Positions 36,720-49,160 of a stretch of 64,000 nt of DNA are shown one piece after another. A model generated the notes under the pieces. That model was not told where the DNA came from and did no database searches. It was given only the letters and a program-made list of their open reading frames with translations. The stretch lies in assembly GCF_000143415.4 (NCBI RefSeq), contig NW_003314288.1, forward strand, positions 1,550,056-1,614,055, in the 5' to 3' direction. The stretch is from Selaginella moellendorffii (Eukaryota; Plantae; Lycopodiophyta). The translations under genes and the position numbers were made by a program. The stretch's first letter is position 1. Each line of letters opens with the position of its first letter.

Positions 36720-39556
36720 TCACCCATTCTTCATCAAGCCTGCTGCTGCCTCAATTTCTTCTATAGTTTTTGCCTGCCCATCAAAGAAACCGTGTCCAAT
36801 GCAGCAAACTGGCTAAACAAATCTTACCTGGAGACGATGAAGCAAGTACATCAAGCAGAAGTGAACAAACACCTGCAACAAAACTGTCAGCCCGACAGCG
36901 CCGAAACAAGATGTTTGATCTTACCAAGTAGCACACTACAAAAAGCCTTGCAAGGGGTCGACGCCACAAGTATCGACCAGCAGTGACAGCTCCAGAGTCA
37001 AGGAACTTAGCAGCTGCCTGAAATCAACGCAAAGAAAAGAGAAAATCTGAAACCAGGTCGGCACTAGAGACGAACCTGAATGCTCGGTCCAACAAAACGC
37101 TGTAAACTTGGTACCATCCGACGTTGGTGAAGGCCCAAAGTCCTGGGGAAACACCATTTGCTCAAAGGGCCAAAAAAGAAAACAAAGAAAACGTACTCAA
37201 AAGATTTCAATTCGTTGTCATCGTCAACTCCGATCGAAGAGAATTGACGTCTGCTTCTTTCCACCTCGGCCTGCAAATACAGGTGCTATCAGTAAGAATC
37301 GCATCCGGCCGCATCTTACGTTCGCGTCTCTGAATTTCTTCGACTCCTTCTCCAACTGAAATTGCATGGCTGCCTTCTCGGAAGACACTTTCTCGAGTTG
37401 TGCCTGCTTCAAAAACTGAAACAAACAAGTTGCAACGCAAAAAGAACATTTACTTCGGCCATACCAAAAGCTCCATCACTTCCTTGTACTGCTTCTGCAG
37501 CTCGATATGTGCCTGTAAGCCAGAGTCCATGAGAAACTTCAGAAATATGACAGGGACATATGTTTCAACACCAAGCTGCATTTTCACACACCACATGACT
37601 TACAAAATCTGCACCTGAGTTGAGCTGACATCAAAGTCCTGCTTAGCACTGGCAAGGTCCACTCGCAGCTTTTGACACTCCGCCTGAAACAGAAAAGGCA
37701 CCTGTCAACATCTTGCCAAGTCCTTGCAGTAGCTCACCTCCAAAATGGATAGTTTGGTTTCTGCTTCTCTTTGAGCAACTCTTGCACGCTCCGCCTCTTC
37801 TCTCCAGGCCTGCAGGATCGGGGAGTGTTACGGCATACGTTTCCAGACTGGCTATGAACTCATTTACGCTTTGACTAAATTCTTCAGATGGCTTCTTTTG
37901 TTCTCGTCGCGCTCGCAATTCCATTTTCTGTAGCTCTTGATTCAGAGTAGCACATTCCACCTGCAATGCAATGTCAAAACAGATGTCAAAATTGAATTTG
38001 CTTACTTCAAGCATCGCTGCCTTCTGCTCAAGCTCAAATGCTTTTTGAGATCTTTCATCCACTATTCTCTGCGCATAACTGTGAGTATCTGAAATCAACA
38101 TAGATATACACCTGCATTCTGGTAACTGCGGTTGTTGATTCTGCCATTTGCTGCTCAAGCTCTGCCTCCCTCTGGACTGCAGCCTATCGAGGAAAATACA
38201 TGTCGGCGAAACAAAAAACGAAAACCGGAACAAACCATTCGACTGGCACTATGAGCAACGCGTTCTTCCTCTACCCTCCGCTCCGCCGAGGCAAGATCGA
38301 GACGAAGAGTCTGTTCAAAACGTATCTAGTAGTCCACGGAAATAGGAAGACACCCACCTGTATCATTCTTGTTTCAGTTATTTCCCGGTTCTTCATTATG
38401 GACTCCATTCCTGCCTGAATAACACGATATAAAGCACGCTAGATTTGATATAGGATGACAAACCTGAACCAGCGCCAGTTTTTCTTCGGCGGCCTGAGCT
38501 TGCCGATTGGCAGTCTCCAAGCTGATTGAGAGTGCTTCAATCTCTGAATTTTTTGAAGCCAAAGCAGCCGCCATTTCTGATTCCGCCGCATTTGTCCCTG
38601 ACCTTGCAAGAGCTAGCTCTCCTTGAAGTAGATTTAAGGTAGCGCTAATAGAACTTTTCGCTTCTTTCTACAGAATGATTGTCAGTCGTATTCTCATCTA
38701 GACAACTTAGTTACCTCTAGCCGAAGTAATTCCTCCAGCTGAGCATTTTCAGACTTGAGTTCCTGAAGCCTTGTCGAAAGTCCAGCGCACACCTACAAAG
38801 AAAAAACTTCAAAATTTAGACGAGAAAAAGACAAAGCCACCTTCGCGAGACGAGCTTCTTTTGATTTTCCGGATGTGGCAGAAGATTGCAACAGCCGGTT
38901 AGCCTGCAAGAATGGTATTCAAACTCGCTCCTCATCTAAAATGCATATGAATCTCACCTCTTCCACCTGAGAATCAAGCGTTCCAAACTTGCCTTCGTTG
39001 GTGTTCGGCTGTTCTTTCTCTTTTGTTGATTCCGCAATAGTCGACAGATTCACACTAACAGTCCCATTCTCCGTCGTCATATCACAGTTGACACGCTCGT
39101 CACTGCTCGAGACGGTTGTTTCATCGGCTGCTCCACTTGACTTCCGAGGCTCAGCAACAAAACCATCTCTCGCCGAGTAAAAACCATTCTCGACTCCTCC
39201 ATCACCCTTCACTAGTGCCTCTGCCAAGCCGGAGCTTGTTTTCTGGAATAACACGGACAAGCGCAAAAGAAAAACAAACTCAAAACTTCCAATGCCAAGA
39301 ATTTAAGTACCTCTCTCAAATGTGTGGAAGTAAGAGCCTTTCGTTGCCCCCCATCGGACACTAAGCAAACAAGGACCGAGAAGTTACCATCTAAAACATG
39401 AGCCCAGACTCACCTGTAACCGGTACCGCTTGCTTGGCAGTGCGATCCACGACCTCTAGAAGCTCTGACGATAGTTTGTTTTGGAGAGTGAGGCCGCAAT
39501 GCAGCTGACAGATAGACAAAGAATTTACCTTCCGCTGCACGCAGCCAGGAAGCCAT
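36720..39556 (-). CDS. GC1: Golgin-84 (golgin candidate 1), coiled coil with C-terminal TM, many exons
   Basis: MASWLRAAE-LLEVVDRTAK; SGKSKEARLA; ALASKNSEIE; LEVECATLNQELQ; KQAQLE...SEKAA..FQLEKE; AAKFLDSGAV.AGRYLWRRPLARL. Confidence 0.9.
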
Positions 39557-40057
39557 GACGATCGCGGATCTAGCCCAGGCGCCTCAATTGGAAATCAAAA
39601 CCCTCGTGAACCCTAATTTGCATACTAATAGCACTAATGTAATTACTAATTGATAACAGAACCAATTTTATTGATATTGTTGCATGCTTAACAAATTGGT
39701 TTTGACTGGACATCAGAGATCTTAAGCCATACGTGGGATTAAGTTGCAAAGGTCATTCTTTTGGTGGGATTGCAGACATTGGACCTCAGTAAAATATGAA
39801 GAGTGGAATTCCTAAATTTGTAATGATATAGCCATTACTATGAGTAGCTTAAAGGAGAGTGGCTTTATGATTTGATTATTTAACTTTAATTTATTAATGC
39901 ATAATAAAAAAAAATAGATCAAATATAAGTATTAAAAAACAACTTGATTTATATTTTTTCTACTACATATTTTTTTAAAAAAGTTCATTCAAAAAGTGTA
40001 GAGAAACATAAAACATGACAAAAGGAAAAGCTTTTGCAATAACAATAAAATTCATCT

Positions 40058-40221
40058 TGTGAGTGCATAGGGAATACAGAAATGTGCATATTAATTAACC
40101 CAAAAACCCTAACTTATATACAGGAGCGAGTGGTCCGGATTGAAACTAATCCGACGACTACCAAAATCCTACTACGCTAATATTAGTATACGGCATCATA
40201 GCCATACACTTGGCCCTCACA
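40058..40221 (-). repeat. 3' LTR (164 bp)
   Basis: Aligns to 46592-46766 with 13 substitutions and one 11-bp indel. Confidence 0.95.
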
Positions 40222-40339
40222 TCATCCCCTCCTCTCGGAATAATGAAAGACCATCAAGGTTCTCTTGTAGATGGGCCGGGATCTGGAGGAACATTAAGAG
40301 GAGGCATCGGCGGATTTGTATATGGTATTAACCGCTCCT

Positions 40340-43300
40340 GATCCCTTTGTATGAATTGTTTCAACCGCTACACATGCACAATCTCTGGAGGATCGGCTTG
40401 CTAGACGTCATGCCGAACTTCATAAACTTGTGGTCCAACTTGTTGTAACACCTGATACGGTCTTTTCCACTGTGCAAGGAGCTTCTTAGATAAACCACGT
40501 ACCGTAAGATGGGGAAAACGGACTAACACCAAATCATCCACTTTATACTCCACAGGTGGACGATGATGGGAGTTGTAGCGCCGTTGTTGTCCCACTTGTA
40601 CGCGGCCTAAGTGTTCGGCAGACTCCGCTCGGACAAGTGGAAGAATGCTTGTCAAATATTGATCCCAGGACCTAGCATTTGCAGCTCGCGGCAATCGCGA
40701 AGGTAAACCCAACTCTGTTGGTAATATTGGATCATGACTATATAGGAGTTTATATAGTGAAGCATCAACAGAACTCTGCACCCTAGTGACATATGCATAC
40801 TGAAGAGATGGCAAATAACCATCCTAATCCGAATGCTAAAAGTTCACATACTTCGCAATCATCCCCTTGAACGTCCGAACGAGCCGTTCCACCAGACCGT
40901 CTGATTGTGGATGATAAGCACTTGTGAAAGTGTGGCGAATCCCCAACCGAGAGGTCAAAACATGAAATGCCTCAGCCATAAATGCGGGACCATTATCCGA
41001 AAGAATCCACTCTGGACAAGAATGCTGGAACACCACTCGATTGAGGAGGAAGTATCCAACAGCAGTTGCAGAGGCGTTAACAAGAGCACCAACTTCCACC
41101 CAACAAGTCAAATAGTCAGAAGCAATAATAACGTACTCATTGCCAGCAGTCGACTGTGGAAAAGGTCCCATAAGATCAAACACCACCAACTCAAACGGAT
41201 GGGAAACTGCAATTGACTCCAACCGTCCTTCTGCAGCCCGAGGGGGAGTATTACGAGCTTGGCACCAAACGCAGCTACGCACATACCGGATACTATCACG
41301 TCGCATCTCCGGCCAATAGAAGACTTGCGTAGCTTCTCAATTACACGACGATGTCCCATATACCCACCTAGAACAGGAGAATCATGGTAGGCATGGAGAA
41401 ACCGCGGAATAAATATAGAAAGCACCACCAGCCGTAAATGATCATCAGGATCTGTCCCCACAAAATAAAGAAGGCCATCTTCAAGACAATATTGAGAATG
41501 TAAATGCCAGAAAGGCAAGTCATCAGCAAGTGATACAGGGTTCTCAAACCCATCTCGAAGCCTTCGAATCCATGGCTCAATCTTTTGAGCCTTACGAACC
41601 TCATCAAGCGAAGGTAGATCTTGCTCTGCACCTTGTGGACACTGAACATCAAGTACAGCAACCGCCGACGGCACAGAATCCTTGTCTAGAAAATCCACAG
41701 ATGCTGGAACGACAGGGTCGTCAGAAACATGAGAAGAGAGTGAAGACGGAAGAGGAGCTCGAGAAAGAGCATCAGCCTCAGCCATAGAACTCCCTGGGCG
41801 GTGAACAACATCAAAATCATATATCTGAAGCTTTAAAGCCCACCGAGTAGTACGACCAACCAGGTTCTTCCACTTTAATAATGAAGTAATAGCAGCATGG
41901 TCACCTTCAAGTAACGTCTGAGAACCATGTAGATATGCATGAAGTTTCTCGAAACCCCAGACTGCTGCTAAACACTCCTTCTCTGTCGTGGAGTAGTTCA
42001 TCTCCGCTGGTTGAAATGTACGACTTATATATGCAATGGGATGGCGCTGACCAGGCACACTCGAGCTCTCTTGCATTAACACACCTCCAATACCAATGTC
42101 AGAAGCATCCACGCGCAAAATAAAAGGTTGAGTGTAGTCAAGATATGCCAAAACCGGAGGAGTTGTCAATAACTCTTTGAGATCCTCGAATGCCCGCTCA
42201 CAATCCGGAGACCAAATGAAAGACGACGTTGATGATTTCAGCAACGCTCGCAATGATGCAGTGCGATCAGAAAGATGATCCACAAAATGCCCGAGATACT
42301 GCACCTTGCCCAAGAAGCCCTGCACATCATTCACACACTTCGGAGTAGGGAACTTTAGAATAGCCACAAGTTTGTCAAGATCAACTTGCAAACCCTCATG
42401 AGAAATACGGTACCCAAGATAAGTTGTGTCCTTGGATCCAAACACGCACTTCGACCGCTTCAGCTTTAAACCAACGTCGCGTAGCCGATCCAACACTTTA
42501 CAAACATCACGAACGTGCTCCTCCCATGTCCCCTCCGAGTGGATCAAGACATCATCAATGAAGTCAGCAGTCACTTCTGGCATATCGCAAAAAACCTCAT
42601 CCATCATCTGTTGAAAAGTTGCTGGAGCATTGTTCAAACCAAATGGCATCACCAAGACCTCATACAAACCAAATGGTGTACGAAAAGCAGTCTTAGGAAT
42701 ATCTTCTTCGGCCATTGGTACTTGCCAGTACCCAGAAGCAAGATCTAGCTTGGTGAACCAACGACTTCGCCCGAGACGATCCAAGAGATCAGCAGTGTGA
42801 GGAAAAGGGTACACATCTGGAATCGTTACATCGTTTAACGGACGATAGTCGATGCAGAAACGAATACTCCCATCAGGCTTTGTCACAAGATGAGGTTCAC
42901 ATGCCCAAGGACTCTGCGACTTTCGAATAACACCCTTCTCCAACATCTCCTTGACATTTGCACGTAAAATTTTGATATCCTTTGGTGACCGACGACGAAC
43001 AGGAACCTTGATTGGACGAGCATCCCCAGTTGGAATCGGATGACGTGTGGCAATCTTGGCTCCAGACGATAGGTCAAAGTCAAAGAGATCAGAATACTCC
43101 TTCATGAGCCGGTCAACGACTGCAACACAAAGATCGTCAGAGGGATCGGAAAAGGGAAGAGCAAAACAAGATGGAAAGACAGGAGGAAAGAGTGGGGAAA
43201 CAAAAGTAATGGAAGCAGAGGTAGAAATAGAGGGATGAAGAGGTACGGAAGTGAGAGGAATAGATGAAACATAAGGAAGTATAAGACAAGGGGAGAAGCC

Positions 43301-43740
43301 TCAAAGTCACACTTGGCATAATTGCGCTGCAACCAATCCATACCAAGAATGAGGTCAAAAGCTTGACTCGGCACCACCCGCAACGACTGCAACTCAAGCT
43401 CGAGATCGCCCACACGCACAACCAGATCTGCCTCATCCCGTGCACATGCATGTGTACGGCCGTTGCCATAAAGAATGAAAACTGGTTCCGCCGCACGACG
43501 CAAGTGTAGACGACAACGTGTGGCAACAAGTCGAGCAATAGAAGATAAACTCGAACCTGTATCCACCAACACGGAGAGAATAATAGGAGACCTCTTGTTA
43601 TAAAGACGAGCTTGGAAAGTAAACACTGGATGAACTGGTGCCGAGTGAACCCCTTGATGATACTCCCGAAAGAAAGATGGAGGGGTCACTGACTTATTCG
43701 CGCAAGGTCCCTCCATTACTCGTGTGACTCCTCGTTTCCC
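40340..43740 (-). pseudogene. Retrotransposon pol (protease, RT, RNase H, integrase), broken by frameshifts and stops
   Basis: VLVDTGSS protease; RFCIDYRPLN, KLDLASGYWQV, MPFGL.NAPATFQ, FIDD; VDASD.GIGGVL, NYSTTEKECLA; SDNGPAF, AYHPQSDGLVER; WKRPYQV GPY-like motif. Confidence 0.93.
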
Positions 43741-44131
43741 GGATGCATCTCGGTGTCCAAACCTTCCATTGCAACAGCACCAACGGGACGTTGCTGACGC
43801 CAAGGTCTCCACCTAGGAAATGGAGGTCGCCAATCCGGAAAACGCAGACAACCCCGATAAGTATGACCAACTTCATCACATGCCCAACAGCGAATATCAT
43901 GGCCATGACCACGTCCTCGCCCTTGACCTTGGACTCGAGCAGCGGCAGCATCAACCTCCATTGGAACATGACCATCACCCACAGGAAGTGGAGCTGAAGG
44001 ACGTGTAGCGAGAAGTGGAAGAGGCGACATCTCATAACGTTGTGCCAAGCGAAGAGTATCGTCAAGGGTGGTGGGAGCAAGTGCATGCACAAGTCCGACA
44101 AGATCTTGACGAAGTGCTGGCCACAACATTC

Positions 44132-45862
44132 TGTGAGACACAAAATCCCTAGGCCCCAAAGTGGAGCCAGAAAGGATGCCACGTGGTAGTGGCTAAAGCG
44201 AGAGCCAAACGAGCGTAACACGTTTGGACCAGAAGCTCCGACTTGAAAAGTCAAGAGTGGGAGTGGAACTCCCAACGAAGTGCTCAAGGAACGAGCACGA
44301 AGCGAGCAAAAAGCGAGGCTCCAAAAAGGGACCCAAAAGGACCAACACATGACACGTGGAAGTGTCTGAGATGGACTCGAGTTGGAGTCCGAAGTGGAGT
44401 CCGAGATGGACTCGAGTTGGAGTCCGAAGTGGAGTCCGAGATGGACCCGAGTTGGAGTCCGAAGTGGAGTCCGAGATGGAGTCCGAGGTGGACCCGAGAT
44501 GGACCCGAAATGGAGTCCGAGGTGGACCCGAGATGGACCCGAAATGGAGTCCGAGATGGACCCGAAATGGAGTCCGAGGTGGACCCGAGATGGACCCGAA
44601 ATGGAGTCCGAGATGGAGTCCGAGATGGACCCGAGATGGACCCGAGATGGACCCGAAATGGAGTCCGAGATGGACCCGAGATGGAGTCCGAGATGGACCC
44701 GAGATGGAGTCCGAGATGGAGTCCGAAGTCGAGACTGAGACCGGGACCGAGACCGAGACCGACACCGAGATCGGGACCGAGAACGAGACCGAGGCCGAGG
44801 CCGAGTCCGAGTCCGAGTCCGAGTCCAAGTCCGTGTCCGAGTCCGAGTCCAAGTTCGAGTCTGAGAGGGTGAAAGCCCAAAGCGTTCGTCTCCCAGACCC
44901 TGGGGGGTTTGGTGAGCTCCAAAAGTATAGTAGGGGGAGGACTGCAGTGGAGCCAGTTTGGCCAGGAAAGGCCAGTTTGGCCCAGGAAGGCCGGACCCAG
45001 TGTTGGGTGATGAGCTGCCCACTGGGAAGTCCAAGACTAGAGTGAACACGGACCGACAAGCGGGGTAGCTTGGTGAAGTGTTCAAGAGCCGGCTCTAGTT
45101 CCCCCGGGAGATCGACTGGCCGATGCTCCCAGTCCAAGTGTGGGTGGCACTACCTACTTGGATACCAGGCATGGCTCAACGGAACCTCGCTCTAAGCCCA
45201 TGGCTAGAGCACCTAAAGGCAAAAGGCAGGGAGAGTACCCAGGTGGCTCGCGTAAGGCCACGGTGTTCCGAAATGTTGTCCCAAAGGCCTAGACTGTGGA
45301 AAGGAAGAGGAGGAGTCCTCTGGGGTAGTGACCAAGGACACAGTCGTGTGGTGAGGAAGTCCCAGAGGACCATGGGACTTAGGGGTCGGGCCTGTGGGCC
45401 TCGATCCAGTGGCAGTGTTGGCAAACACGGCCAGGGGCAGAAAGGGACTTGGTAGGAACTGAAAAAGGGGACTTTGGGGAAGGCAATTCCCCAGGTCTGT
45501 GGGCATCCTAAGGATGCTAAGGAGTGGATCTAGGATGACCACTCGTGGATAGATGGCCCAGTCTTGGAGAGACGGGATTGTGATGCAAGTGGTATTGGAC
45601 CACTAGTGCAGCAAAGGTGAATGGGCATGGCCTTAATGTAACAGGCCGAGATGTCAGTGGTACCTTTGGGTGTCGGTCTTGGGACCGGGCACGAGGAGCA
45701 CTTGGACCAGGTGCAAGTGGTGAGTGGCATGGATGCCATTCTTGGGGCTAGCAAGTCCCAAGTCCTGAATTGGACTGATGGAGGTTGTGAATGAGACTCC
45801 TCCAAGTGGTCGGAGGTGTGGTTAAGTGACTAAAGTAGAATGGAAAAATTTAGTCACTTACA
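44132..45862. mobile_element. Nested 1731-bp TG...CA element, probably a solo LTR of another family, 5-bp TSD CATTC
   Basis: CATTC at 44127-44131 and 45863-45867; termini TGTGAG...CTTACA; no recognisable coding capacity. Confidence 0.85.
44368..44862. repeat. Tandem array of 11-12-bp units (GGAGTCCGAGAT/GGACCCGAGAT) grading into hexamers (GACCGA/GTCCGA)
   Basis: Direct inspection; explains the low-complexity ORFs on both strands. Confidence 0.93.
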
Positions 45863-46572
45863 CATTCCTAGCTTGATCCGCTTCGACATATTTGGTTCCG
45901 CACGAAGCAAAAGACTTTGGAAACAAACACCAAATTGCATCACTAACTCAGATGGCCCTTAGTGAAGACGATGCAATTGTTGGAAAGCATCATCACAGTC
46001 ATCGGCATGTCCGAAGGCACGTTTGAAGACATCTGGAAGAACACTATCCTCGCGAGTAGCTGCTCCCAAACCGTTGTACCACTGCAACGCCGTCCCTTGG
46101 AGACACGTGGGAAACTCACGCAAACGTCGAACATCATCCCAAGAATGATATATGGCAATCACCGTAAAGTGATCGAACCAATGATACACATCATCCTCAG
46201 GATTCCCGCGAAAGAACTCCGGCCGAACGCGAGGATTGGCACCAAGAGCAGGAGGAGTTGTACCATGTGCCATGAATGCCACCATCAATTGAGTTTTGTT
46301 GTTCAATTGCAAGCGCATAGCATCAAGCAATTGTACCAATTGCTGCTCCAGAGTCAAAGGAGGAGATTGCTAATCTGCCATGGAGACGAATGAAAAAGAA
46401 AGAGCAAAAGAAGAGAAACGACAAAAAGCTAGAAGGAAATGGTAGATCTAGACAATGCAAAAAGCTAGATCTAAACCAAAATTCTAAAGGAAAGAACAAA
46501 AGAAAGGAAATGAAAAAAACTAGATCTAAACTGAAATCCCAAATCTAAGCACTCCCTAGGGACAATCAAAGG

Positions 46573-46590
46573 TGCCCCTCACCTCCACCA
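46573..46590 (-). other. Primer-binding site complementary to the tRNA-Ala 3' end
   Basis: + strand TGCCCCTCACCTCCACCA vs tRNA-Ala 3' end plus CCA TGCCCCTCAACTCCACCA (17/18), 1 nt from the 5' LTR. Confidence 0.9.
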
Positions 46591-46591
46591 A

Positions 46592-46766
46592 TGTGAGTGC
46601 ATGAAATATGGAAAGGGAATACAGAAATGTGCATATTAATTAACCCAAAAACTTTAGCTTATATACAAGAGCGAGTGGTCTGAATTGAAACCAATCCGAC
46701 GGCTACCAAAATCCCACTATGCTAATATTAGTATACAGCATCGTAGCCGTACACTTGGCCCTCACA
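46592..46766 (-). repeat. 5' LTR (175 bp)
   Basis: Paired with 40058-40221; adjacent to the PBS. Confidence 0.95.
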
Positions 46767-49160
46767 ATCTATTAAATATCTTATTATATACTAAAAAATA
46801 ATTGATGAAATATTTACTAGACTTTTGTGATTATTTTTATAATCATAACCCAATAACTTAGCCTTAAGTATCTTTTAATATATATGGCTAAATATATTAC
46901 TATAAACTATTTTATTTAAACTAAATAACATAAAAATACTGATATGATTACAATTATATACAAGAAAAGATGAACTAGATTATCCTAATAAGTATATAAT
47001 ATATAATATATAGAAAATAAAGGATAAAAGACTTTGTAAATTCCTAAATTTAAACTTCCCAAGATGTTATAAGGCCTAATATTAATCAAAGCCAAGGATC
47101 ATTAACCATAAATATTCCAAAGCTTTTAATTGATTAAGAAAGTGGATACACTTTTGTTCATATGCCTTTTCTTTCTATATTTAAGCCCTTGTGGATTGTC
47201 TCTTAAATCATTCCTTTTAGTTACTTACAAAATTTATCAGATCTAAATATTATTAAAATGATTATTTTTATTAATTACTTATTTACTAAAAATATTGCCA
47301 CTAAAACCTTAACAAAATATTCTTTATTGTTTTAGAATATTCTAAAATATTCTTATTATTAACAAAAGCTCTCTTGGCTCCTTGTTGACATGGCTCCCTA
47401 TATTGGAAAATCCCTCCCTACTCATTTGATTAAGATAGCGTCGTTAGGACATATGCAGAGTAATATCTATATGTGCTTGTAACAATGTGCACTGTGTACA
47501 AATTCCAAGGTGTTATATAGATTTAGCATAATGGACCTCAAGCAAGCTATGACCATGCTAATCATCCCTTATATCAATCAAACATTAGCACTTTATAGTC
47601 AAAATTATCATTTTGAAATACTAAGCCACCTTGCACCACACCTCCCCTACAATCTATTGTAAACACATTGTTATTGATATGTATAAAAAGACATAATTTT
47701 CACTTAATTGTAAACTAAGAAACCAAGCAAAAATACTATATTATGGCCCTCCCACACATTCATTATATCCTCTATTTCATTGAACTCCTTTGCCTAATTG
47801 CCTCGCATGTGATTAGGCCAACAAAATTGTAAAATTACCCTATAATAATATTTATATGGAGTTGGTCCTCTTTTGTTTATTGTCACAAGCATACTTCTGA
47901 TATATAGATAAATAACACTACCAAGTATGCAGTATTATTTTGACCCTCTTTAAACGCTTACATGTGTAAATAATTCTATGTAAATAGATGCTTTAATGCT
48001 TTAGCTTGCAATATGTAAAAAAGAAGTTACGTCAAAATCATATATTCGATATGGCAGAGAAAATTTACTTTCAATGCACTATAGCTTTACAGGTGATTCC
48101 ACATTGAAATGCATGTGGGGAATTAGCTCTTTCGCAAAACTCATTTTAAACAAATACAAGCTAATGTACCTTTTATTAATTTTCAGCTCACTCTATATCT
48201 ATATCTTTTAATTTACCATTGATATACATAAGCCCTACATTATCAAATTCTGACATTGTGAGAGAAGTTTTTCAAAAAGCATTTCAATTATAACAACTTT
48301 TAGAAAACTAATTCTCTTGATATAATTTTGAAGTAAATATATAACAAACTCCTTTGCCTTTAGTTACTCCGTCCTTTGTTTTGCATCTCTCTAATTTGTT
48401 TGTCCCACTTCCACTTGCTGTGGCTGTGTGTCTTGGATCGAGATTGCCTTGAATTTTGGACGATTCCCGTGCACCAACCACCCGGCAGCTTCACCTGGAG
48501 TGCAGTTAGCCCGCCCACAAGCTTGACTTCATACCTCATGCGAGGAAGACATACGGTCTTCCTCGCTTCATGCTATGCTCCATGTGCATGTGCTGTTCTT
48601 GATTGCTTACTTGGATAGCATTGTACGCCCTGATACAAGAAAACAATCTGAGTTACAAAATCCTCTCGATCTCGTTGGAAGATTCAGTGATCGTACATGT
48701 TGATTGATTCAATCATGGATTGAAACTTAGTGAAGATTTAGAGTTGGAGGGAGCTTGGGAGTTTCAGTATCGTGGCTCCTCGCACATGAGCGTACAAATT
48801 CAGTTCCCTATCGATCAATCAAACTCCCTCTCCTCTCTTAGCTTTCAAGTCTAAACCAGACTCCAATAAAGGTTTTCAGGTGGATAGATGGCATTGTTGT
48901 CTTCCAGGATTCCGGCTGAGAATACGCCATGGCTAGATCCGCTTGAGAGTGGCAGAGGTTTTTGAAGGGAGCTTCATGCGGGCGCTAGAGGAGCTTCTCC
49001 TCACAGCCTCGAACAGATGCATAGTGGCGAATGCATTATGCACAAGTCCCTGGTAAGTGAGGTGCATATGCTGAACTTTATTATCAAACAGTGATAGTTT
49101 AAGCTTGCAAACATTCTATTCACTCGAGCTCATGATATACCATTGGTCTCACTTGGGATT

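Larger units (their letters stand above)
43716..46381 (-). pseudogene. Retrotransposon gag, interrupted by a nested solo LTR
   Basis: PEFFRGNPEDDV..W.......W........P..LQG.ALQWY; PMEVDA; zinc knuckle CWACDEVGHTYRGC; removing 44132-45862 plus one TSD copy rejoins ...KLGM-LWPALRQDL. Confidence 0.88.
40058..46766 (-). mobile_element. Full-length but decayed Ty3/gypsy LTR retrotransposon (no chromodomain seen), 4-bp TSD ATCT
   Basis: LTRs TGTGAG...CTCACA at 40058-40221 and 46592-46766; ATCT at 40054-40057 and 46767-46770; PPT GAGAGGAGGGGATGA (40236-40222); PBS 46590-46573; order gag-PR-RT-RH-IN. Confidence 0.96.

Noticed and set aside
44368-44862. Possible CRISPR-like array
   Set aside because: Contiguous short units without unique spacers, in a eukaryotic TE
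43694-45137. Long low-complexity ORFs on both strands (463, 314, 229, 212 and 209 aa)
   Set aside because: Produced by the stop-free tandem array inside the nested solo LTR
48955-48980. TTGAAGGGAGCT resembling miR159/319
   Set aside because: Only about 12 nt match, the 5' seed is absent and there is no convincing precursor hairpin
48370-49060. Moderate-GC patch in AT-rich DNA, possibly a decayed TE or gene
   Set aside because: Stops in the frames examined and no identifiable motif
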